A stretch of DNA of 64,000 nt, taken from contig JAIORP010000090.1 of NCBI GenBank assembly GCA_021108075.1, forward strand, positions 79,828-143,827. The letters are read 5' to 3'. The notes under the pieces were generated by a model. The model did not search any database and was not told the origin of the DNA. It worked only from the letters and a program-made list of their open reading frames with translations. This document shows, in pieces, positions 40,311 through 47,489 of this stretch. The position numbers were made by a program, and so were the translations under genes. Each line of letters begins with the position of its first letter. Position 1 is the first letter of the stretch. This DNA comes from Candidatus Omnitrophota bacterium (lineage in GTDB: Bacteria; Omnitrophota; Gorgyraeia; Zapsychrales; Zapsychraceae).

Positions 40311-41681
40311 GTGCTCTTATCCAAATATTGTGTCATTGTCCCTGATTACCCGTATAAAGGGCAGCACGTGGTGTTCCATACCGGGACCCAGGCCCTTGTT
40401 CTGCTCGATTCGCAGGCCCTGTCATACCTTAAAAATGAAATACGCTTAAATACATTGCCCCCTAAAAAACAAATAGAGTATCAAAAGATGCTTCCCGAAT
40501 TGCGTCAGATGGGGATACTTGTCAAAGACCAGCAGGAAGACGCCGCTTACCTTGAATCTTTTTTTGATCAGTTAAAACGTCAACGCATCAGAAAAACATG
40601 GCCTGTGACCATTTTGACAACAGACGCCTGCAATTTTCAATGCGTTTATTGTTTTGAGGAAAATGCCCGCCGCAATATTGCGATGAATTTAGAGGTGCAA
40701 ACAGACACACTGGCTTTCATCAAAAATCGGATGACCAGCGATAAATATGAACGGCTCTATGTGACTTTTTACGGGGGGGAGCCGTTATTAAAACCGGCGG
40801 TGATCACACATCTCGCTTCGAACTTAAAAAATTGGTCGAAGAAGGCGGGTGTCGTTTTTGAATTTATGCTCCAGACGAACGGCTATTTATTAAGCCCGAA
40901 TCTGGTGCGCTCCTTGATTCCGTTAGGTCTGGACCAGGTCCGTGTCAGCTTGGATGGTCCAAGAGATGTTCATGATGCGCGCAGACCGTTACGTTCGGGA
41001 GGGCGGACGTTTGATACGATTATAAAGAATATTTTAGCCAGCATGGATTCGATTAAAATTTGCGTTTCCGTCTGCTACGAGAAAGACCATTTGCAGGATA
41101 TCGACGCGCTTTTATCCTTTTTAAAGCAAAAAAATATGCTGCATCAATTGGGACGTTTTATTTTTTCCCCGATTCATCCCCGGTTAGGGACGCCTGAGGA
41201 TAAAAACCGCATTCAGCATTTTGATTGCATGATCAATTATCAAGACGCCAATTTGGTCCAATCGATTTCCGTGATACGAGACATATTAAAAACCTATGAT
41301 GTGGACGATAGCCGGAAGGGATTAGCGATTTCAGCCTGTCCTTTGATGCGCGAAAAAGGAGGTTTGACCATCGATCCGTGCGGGTATATTTACAAATGCA
41401 ATTCCATGATCGGTTTTTCGAAATTTTCCGTCGGTCAGGTGAAAGACGCACAGTTTAACCCGCGTGCGGATTATTTCGTGTCTTTAGATCCCTGGCGGTC
41501 CTGTCCGAATGATTGTCCGTATCTTCCCCTTTGTGGTGGGGGATGCCGGATGTCCGCGTACTTTAAATATAAAGATTTTAAAGAGCTGGACTGTCATCGT
41601 GATTATTTGGATCAGATGATACCGGTTTTTATCAAAGAAGAATATACCCGTTTGACGACCGAAAAGCAGTATTCCTCATGA
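40311..41681 (+). CDS. Radical SAM/SPASM peptide maturase with probable N-terminal RRE
   Basis: CNFQCVYC, YGGEPLL, TNG, SLDG..HD, SPASM C...GYIYKC...CPNDCPYLPLCGGGC...C; GGGAG SD before GTG 40311. Confidence 0.92.
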   Translation: MLLSKYCVIVPDYPYKGQHVVFHTGTQALVLLDSQALSYLKNEIRLNTLPPKKQIEYQKMLPELRQMGILVKDQQEDAAYLESFFDQLKRQRIRKTWPVTILTTDACNFQCVYCFEENARRNIAMNLEVQTDTLAFIKNRMTSDKYERLYVTFYGGEPLLKPAVITHLASNLKNWSKKAGVVFEFMLQTNGYLLSPNLVRSLIPLGLDQVRVSLDGPRDVHDARRPLRSGGRTFDTIIKNILASMDSIKICVSVCYEKDHLQDIDALLSFLKQKNMLHQLGRFIFSPIHPRLGTPEDKNRIQHFDCMINYQDANLVQSISVIRDILKTYDVDDSRKGLAISACPLMREKGGLTIDPCGYIYKCNSMIGFSKFSVGQVKDAQFNPRADYFVSLDPWRSCPNDCPYLPLCGGGCRMSAYFKYKDFKELDCHRDYLDQMIPVFIKEEYTRLTTEKQYSS

Positions 41682-41718
41682 TCTTCCTGACAATATATTT
41701 TCCTTCGCCTGTTTATTA

Positions 41719-41830
41719 TACCAAATCCATTAAATAATAACCAAAACCGATTCTGCTTTCCTCGACTTTTTCGCGAGAATATCAGAATTGAAATAGAACA
41801 ATTGCATTTTTCGGGTTAATGGATTTGGTA
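41719..41830. mobile_element. MITE-like element
   Basis: TACCAAATCCATTAA ... TTAATGGATTTGGTA; interior matches 8812-8895 in reverse. Confidence 0.8.
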
Positions 41831-42206
41831 TTATTTTAAGTTTATGCCTGTCCGTGCAGAAGCGAACGCAGGTCAAGGACAGCTTATCTGCAACGGTGAT
41901 CGAATACAAGACAGAACTCCTGCTGCCCGTGTTTGCCGGATTTGTCTGCGATAGATCCGGAGAATAAAAGCTAAGGAATATTACTTGAGCGACAAAACCG
42001 GCTTAAATTGTTGGATTTATCGTTGAAAACATCGCGAAGGCCTTCATTCTGCCAGAAGCTTGAATGGCGGCTGACATTGCGGGTATATGCTCCAGGCAGG
42101 AGAGTATAAATATCTTTTGATAATAGCTGGATATTATAGTAAATTAAACTAAGAATAATTTAAAGATAGAGATCGAAGGAAAATAGTATCTGTATGCTGT
42201 CCTGCT

Positions 42207-44012
42207 ATGAAATCATTCTACCTAAAGTTAAGAAATTTTATGCCCCGCCGTATCTGGTCGCAGATCTTTATCGTCCTTATTATCGCGGTTATTGTTCCCC
42301 TTTCTCTCCTCGGATTTCTTCTTACGAGTACCAGCCAGGAAGCTGTTAAAGTCAGTGTTTTGCGGGATTACAAGCAAATTGCGACACAAGCTACCGGTGA
42401 AATTAGTCAACACATTTTAGGTGCGAGACAAGCTTTGAGTGTGACGGCGTCTATTTTAGGCACATTGCATGCAGATAGGTGGCGGCAAGAAACAACCATC
42501 GTTGAGTTAGCATTAAAATATCCTATTTTTACCCGCATTGCCTCCATTGATAAAAGCGGACTGGAAATAACAACATCACAGTTAGGAGCACCGCTTCAAA
42601 ACAGAGCAGGGGATGTGCCTTTTATAGAGGCGATGAAAGGCGTGGAATATTTATCTGCCGTCATATTAGCGGACAATTATATCCCTCAAATGACAATGGC
42701 CGTGCCGATTAAACGCCTAGGAAAAATTCAGGGGGTTTTATTGGCGAACCTGAACTTGCGTACGGTTTGGGATATCGTCGACAAGTTGCGTTTTGGCCAA
42801 ACAGGGGAGGCCGTCATCATTGATCAGACAGACCGGGTGATTGCCCATCAGGACAAAAAATTGGTTTTGAATAATCCCAAAAATTACATTGACGGTTTTT
42901 TGAAATATATTCAGCCTGGTGTTAGCGGTAGCGCAGAAATCGTCGATAACAGTAATCGCGGGGTGATCATTGCCTACGCTCCGATAACGGATTTGAATTG
43001 GAAATTGATTATCTTTCAAAAACAAGAAGAAGCGTACTCATTTCTGAAAAAGATGCAATATCAATCACAGATTATTTTTATTTTTAGTCTGGTCATAACG
43101 ATTTTTATTAGTATCTTTCTTGCCCGGTGGATGAGCCAGCCTTTAAACAAAATTATCCAGGGGACCCAAAAAATAGCCCAAGGTGATTTTTCTCAATTTT
43201 TACGCGTACAGCGTCGAGATGAAATTGGTAAATTGTTCTTTTCTTTTAATCGCATGACGCGACGCCTGCGGGAAGCGAGAAAAGTGGAGAAATTGTCCAT
43301 TATTGGAAAAGCTGCCGCGGCGATTGCTCACGAATTAAAGAATTCCTTGGTTCTTGTCAATACGTTTATTGAATTGTTGCCGAAAAGGCACAAGGACCAG
43401 AAATTTATTAAAGAATTTTTTCAAACGGTTCCTCAGGAGTTGGAATCCTGGAACACCATGTTAAAAAATATGATGAGTATTAACCCTCCGGAACTAGAGA
43501 ATATTCCTTTCAGTGAACTTTCGATTAATGTGATTGTCAAAAATATAATCACATTGGTGCAGATGAAAGCCGACCAAAAAGACATTGCAATCAAATTATC
43601 ATTTGATGAAGCCAATCCTGTGGTCCAATGCAATGAAGAAAAAATAAGACACGCGATTCTAAATATTATGACAAATGCCTTAGATGCCACCCCTTATGGG
43701 GGAGAGGTGGAAATACAAACAAAATGCATTTTGCGTTGCCAGGATCGGTTGGAGTCTAAGGTGGAAATTGTGATTATAAATAGTGGCCAACATATTGATG
43801 AATCAAAGATCGATAAAATTTTTGAGCCGTTTTATACCACGAAAGGGGGTGGATTCGGTTTGGGCTTAGCGATTAGCATGGAAATCGTCAAAGCTCATAT
43901 GGGTACGATTACGGTTGTGAATCAATTTCCGCAGGGCGTTGTCTTTACCATTATTTTGCCTTCCAAGAACGTTTCTGCTTCGACACCATCTAAGACCAAA
44001 TTCAATAAATAA
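42207..44012 (+). CDS. Membrane sensor histidine kinase (TM-dCache-TM-HAMP-HisKA-HATPase)
   Basis: Two TMs flanking a periplasmic Cache-like domain, RRDEIG HAMP, AHELKN H-box, FEPFYTTK..GFGLGL. Confidence 0.93.
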   Translation: MKSFYLKLRNFMPRRIWSQIFIVLIIAVIVPLSLLGFLLTSTSQEAVKVSVLRDYKQIATQATGEISQHILGARQALSVTASILGTLHADRWRQETTIVELALKYPIFTRIASIDKSGLEITTSQLGAPLQNRAGDVPFIEAMKGVEYLSAVILADNYIPQMTMAVPIKRLGKIQGVLLANLNLRTVWDIVDKLRFGQTGEAVIIDQTDRVIAHQDKKLVLNNPKNYIDGFLKYIQPGVSGSAEIVDNSNRGVIIAYAPITDLNWKLIIFQKQEEAYSFLKKMQYQSQIIFIFSLVITIFISIFLARWMSQPLNKIIQGTQKIAQGDFSQFLRVQRRDEIGKLFFSFNRMTRRLREARKVEKLSIIGKAAAAIAHELKNSLVLVNTFIELLPKRHKDQKFIKEFFQTVPQELESWNTMLKNMMSINPPELENIPFSELSINVIVKNIITLVQMKADQKDIAIKLSFDEANPVVQCNEEKIRHAILNIMTNALDATPYGGEVEIQTKCILRCQDRLESKVEIVIINSGQHIDESKIDKIFEPFYTTKGGGFGLGLAISMEIVKAHMGTITVVNQFPQGVVFTIILPSKNVSASTPSKTKFNK

Positions 44013-44096
44013 TTCTTCTGATTTCTCCTCGTTATTTGCATAAAAGCATTCGTAAAAAATGATGAGATTTTTTGAAATTATTGAATGAAATTGGTA
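43994..44096. mobile_element. MITE-like element overlapping the kinase 3' end
   Basis: GACCAAATTCAATAAATAATT...AATTATTGAATGAAATTGGTA; colinear with 8898-9001. Confidence 0.75.
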
Positions 44097-44194
44097 TAAT
44101 TACGCAGCGTTGATTTTTTGCCGTCTTTACGTCCACCTGTAAGAATGATGATTTGATCTGGTATTTTTTATATGTTTTTATAAAATATATGAAG

Positions 44195-44263
44195 AAAAAG
44201 CAGAAAAAAGTCAGTTTTTTCCGGATTGAAACTATTTACAAATTATAAAAATTGCGTAAGAAT
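44195..44263 (+). promoter_or_regulatory. Operator plus promoter of the AraC-type response regulator
   Basis: AAAAAGCAGAAAAAAGTCAGTTTT-13 nt-CTATTTAC; TTTACA -35 then TAAGAAT. Confidence 0.7.
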
Positions 44264-44285
44264 AATAGAAACGGAGGGGGAGGAA

Positions 44286-45038
44286 ATGATATCTGAAAGA
44301 ATCGTGGTTATTGATGACAACATGAAAATTATCAAAAGTATTAAAATGGCGTTGATCGAGTATGAAATTATCGATTTCCCCTGCGGGGAAAAAGCCATTG
44401 AGTTTTTTAAAAAACCAAATGAGATTAACCTGGTGCTTTTGGATGTCTTTATGGATGGGATGAACGGCATAACTGTCTTGAAAGAATTAAAAAAAGTGAA
44501 CAAAGATTTATCCGTTATCATTATGACGGCCTATGGCTCAAAGGATATTGTTTTACAGGCCTTGCGCAGCCATGCGGATGACTTTATAGAGAAACCGTTT
44601 AACATTAATGATTTAAAAGGAAAGATAAAGAATATTTTGAAGGAAAAAATCTATCTTTCATGCGCCAATTCTTCCAAAGAAGAGCAGATTGACCGCATTA
44701 AACGTTTTATCGACCGGAATTACAATAATGCTAACTTAGAATACATTTCAAACGAACTTTGCATAAGTCCTAAATATTTAAGCCGTATGTTTAACCGAAA
44801 GAGCAACTGTTCTTTTCGGACTTATAAACTCGGTGTCAAAATAGCTAAAGCAAAGTATTTTCTTAAAGAGACGAATATAAATGTTAGTGAAATTGCTGTT
44901 GAATTGGGATATCAGAACCCGGAATCGTTTATGCGGATTTTTAAGAAGATAACGACGATGACACCTATGCAGTATCGGAAAAAGTTTAACCTTAAACAAC
45001 ATCGATCAAACAATATGAAAGCTGCCGTATCATTTTAA
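44286..45038 (+). CDS. YesN-type response regulator (REC plus AraC HTH)
   Basis: VIDD, LLDVFMDGMNG, TAYG, KPF; SPKYLSRMF, ELGYQNPESFMRIFKK..TPMQYR. Confidence 0.93.
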   Translation: MISERIVVIDDNMKIIKSIKMALIEYEIIDFPCGEKAIEFFKKPNEINLVLLDVFMDGMNGITVLKELKKVNKDLSVIIMTAYGSKDIVLQALRSHADDFIEKPFNINDLKGKIKNILKEKIYLSCANSSKEEQIDRIKRFIDRNYNNANLEYISNELCISPKYLSRMFNRKSNCSFRTYKLGVKIAKAKYFLKETNINVSEIAVELGYQNPESFMRIFKKITTMTPMQYRKKFNLKQHRSNNMKAAVSF

Positions 45039-45041
45039 ATT

Positions 45042-46226
45042 ATGATGAAAAAAATATTAATCGTTGATGATGATAATTGCACACGTTTATCGATTAAACG
45101 TCTCTTATCCTCATATGATGTGATTGAAGCCAATCATGGGCAAGCTGCTATCGAGCTGGTTCAGAAGCATGCCCCCGATCTTATTCTCCTAGACCAAATG
45201 ATGCCGCAAATGGATGGGTTGGAAGTTTTAAAAAGAATTAAGGCGATCGACGAGGATATTCAATGTGTGATTGTGACGGCACAGGGCACGTTGCAGTTAG
45301 CCGTGCAAAGTTTGAAGCACGGGGCATTGGATTTCATTGTGAAACCGTTCGAGGCCTTTGTTCTTTTGCATACGGTTGAGCGGGCTTTAGAGCACGTGGA
45401 CCTCATTCAATCCAAACGTAAAGTGGGTCAGGAAAAGGAAAAAGCACAGGCAGAGTTGCTGCATTATAAAAATGATTTGGAAAAGATTGTCGAAGAAAGA
45501 ACAAAAGAGTGCAAAGAGGCGCAACAGAAAGCAGAAAAGGCGAATAAGGCAAAGTCTGAATTTCTCGCTAATATGAGCCATGAACTGCGGACACCGATGC
45601 ATGGAATTTTGAGTTTTTCTAAGTTTGGTGTCGAACGGTATCAAGGGGAAAAGAGAGAGACATTAAGGGACTATTTTGGGGAAATAAAAAGTTGTGGCGA
45701 CCGCTTGCTCAACCTGTTGAATGATTTGCTGGATTTGTCAAAATTAGAAGCGAACAAAGTCCAGTATCAATTTAATCCTGTTTGCATTCAAGATTTTTTT
45801 CAATCTGTCGTGGATGAACTGAAGGCCTTTTCCGCTGAAAATGGAATCGAGTTGAAGTTGGACGGCAATGCTTTGACGGAAACCGTTAACCTTGATAAAG
45901 AAAAAATGGTTCAAGCCCTCCAGAATTTATTATCTAACGCCATTAAATTTTCTGCGAAGGACAAAGCGGTTGTCTTGTCGGCGGAGCATCGGCAAGAGCA
46001 TTTTTTGATCGCTGTTCAAGACAATGGCATTGGAATTCCGGATGAGGATTTAGATACTATTTTTGACACGTTTTATCAAAGTCAGCTGACAAAGTCAAAA
46101 GATCAGGGCTCAGGTTTAGGTTTATCCATCGCACGCAAGATCATATCGGATCATAACGGATTGGTCTGGGCTGAAAATAATCCGGATGGCGGCGCGATTT
46201 TTTATATCCTCCTGCCGAAGGATTAA
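45042..46226 (+). CDS. Hybrid REC-histidine kinase (cytoplasmic)
   Basis: LLDQMMPQMDG, KSEFLANMSHELRTP, NLLSNAIKF, GSGLGL. Confidence 0.93.
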   Translation: MMKKILIVDDDNCTRLSIKRLLSSYDVIEANHGQAAIELVQKHAPDLILLDQMMPQMDGLEVLKRIKAIDEDIQCVIVTAQGTLQLAVQSLKHGALDFIVKPFEAFVLLHTVERALEHVDLIQSKRKVGQEKEKAQAELLHYKNDLEKIVEERTKECKEAQQKAEKANKAKSEFLANMSHELRTPMHGILSFSKFGVERYQGEKRETLRDYFGEIKSCGDRLLNLLNDLLDLSKLEANKVQYQFNPVCIQDFFQSVVDELKAFSAENGIELKLDGNALTETVNLDKEKMVQALQNLLSNAIKFSAKDKAVVLSAEHRQEHFLIAVQDNGIGIPDEDLDTIFDTFYQSQLTKSKDQGSGLGLSIARKIISDHNGLVWAENNPDGGAIFYILLPKD

Positions 46227-46238
46227 GGGGGTGTCGTT

Positions 46239-47327
46239 ATGAAAACAGAAGAAAAGTTTTTTGTGGACGCGACGAAAAATAGAATCTTAATTGTTGATGA
46301 TGAACATGTCAATATCCGGATTCTTAAGACCATTCTATCTGACGATTATGATTTGACCGAAGCTTCTTCAGGGGAAGAAGCTATTGAACTGGCCGAAAGC
46401 CAAAAATTTGATTTGATCCTATTGGACATTATGATGCCGGGCAAGGATGGTTATGAGGTCTGTCGTTATTTGAAGACCAGTAAAAGGCATGCAACCATTA
46501 AAACGATTTTGGTATCAGCCCGGGCGATGCTGGAAGAGCGCTTGAGGGGATACGAGTGTGGAGCGGATGATTATATCGTTAAACCGTTTGACGGGGATGA
46601 GCTTCTTTCAAAAGTAAAAGTTTTTTTACGTTTAAAGTCGATGGCCGAGATCGAAGAGATTAAAGGCAATTTATTAAAACTGATTGCGCACGAACTTCGA
46701 ACCCCGTTAAACGGCCTATTAGGGTTTGCGGCTTTATTAGAAAAAAGCAAAACGATTAGTGATGGTGATAAGCAATATGTTATGCACATTCTTAGCTGCG
46801 GGAATCGGCTGCTGGAGTTCTCTCAAAAAGCACTTTTATTATGTGACCTAAAAAGCAATTATAAGATAACTAAAAAAGACAGGCATTTAGTCAAAATACT
46901 GGAAGAGACCATCCGCTCTCTTCAATGGAAGGCCGTGGATAAAAAAATACGCTTTTGTGTTGTCAATAAAATGGATAAAGTCGCAGCGTTTGATCCAATG
47001 ATGATGAATTTTGCTATTCGGTTTGTTCTTGATAATGCCATTAAGGTTTCACCTCAAGAAAGTGAAATTGCTATACATATTGAAGAGAAGAACGACTGGT
47101 GTTATATTCATATCCAAGACCAGGGTCCTGGCATCAGCAATGGGCAGATGGATCAAATTTTTCAATTGTTTATTGTGGATGATGTGATGCAGCATAGAAA
47201 TGGCCAGGGGCTGAGTTTGCCTATAACCAGAGAGATTATGCGTTTGCATCAAGGACGCCTGCGAATATGTAATAATCCATCCTCAGGGGCAACAGTTGAA
47301 TTGTCTTTTCCCCTTGTAAGTGAATAA
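46239..47327 (+). CDS. Hybrid REC-histidine kinase (cytoplasmic)
   Basis: LLDIMMPGKDG, AHELRTPL, DNAIK, DQGPG, GQGLSL. Confidence 0.92.
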   Translation: MKTEEKFFVDATKNRILIVDDEHVNIRILKTILSDDYDLTEASSGEEAIELAESQKFDLILLDIMMPGKDGYEVCRYLKTSKRHATIKTILVSARAMLEERLRGYECGADDYIVKPFDGDELLSKVKVFLRLKSMAEIEEIKGNLLKLIAHELRTPLNGLLGFAALLEKSKTISDGDKQYVMHILSCGNRLLEFSQKALLLCDLKSNYKITKKDRHLVKILEETIRSLQWKAVDKKIRFCVVNKMDKVAAFDPMMMNFAIRFVLDNAIKVSPQESEIAIHIEEKNDWCYIHIQDQGPGISNGQMDQIFQLFIVDDVMQHRNGQGLSLPITREIMRLHQGRLRICNNPSSGATVELSFPLVSE

Positions 47328-47385
47328 GATAAGTTTAAGCTGGAAATATCTTTTCGATAATCGAAAATAATAACCATGCTTAGCG

Positions 47386-47414
47386 TTGACATTAATACGA
47401 TAATATGTTATTTT
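47386..47414 (+). promoter_or_regulatory. Candidate clpB promoter
   Basis: TTGACA-17 nt-TATTTT with TG extension, upstream of CIRCE. Confidence 0.5.
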
Positions 47415-47449
47415 TACATTGGATCGATAAGTTTTTTTTTGATTAGAAA

Positions 47450-47476
47450 TTAGCACTTTATCCATAAGAGTGCTAG
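47450..47476. promoter_or_regulatory. CIRCE element (HrcA operator)
   Basis: TTAGCACTT-N9-GAGTGCTAG versus consensus TTAGCACTC-N9-GAGTGCTAA, just before the clpB SD. Confidence 0.9.
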
Positions 47477-47489
47477 ATTGGAGGTTGCT

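Noticed and set aside
40183-40449. 88-aa ORF as an alternative precursor
   Set aside because: No SD, crosses the hairpin and overlaps the maturase; the 40134-40244 ORF is much better supported.
41844-41954. 36-aa Cys-containing ORF MPVRAEANAGQGQLICNGDRIQDRTPAARVCRICLR after the maturase
   Set aside because: No SD and no similarity to the precursor leader.
8812-44096. Dispersed repeats considered as CRISPR repeats, attC sites or REPs
   Set aside because: No regular repeat-spacer array, no cas or integrase genes, no GTTRRRY cores and no GTAG-type REP ends.
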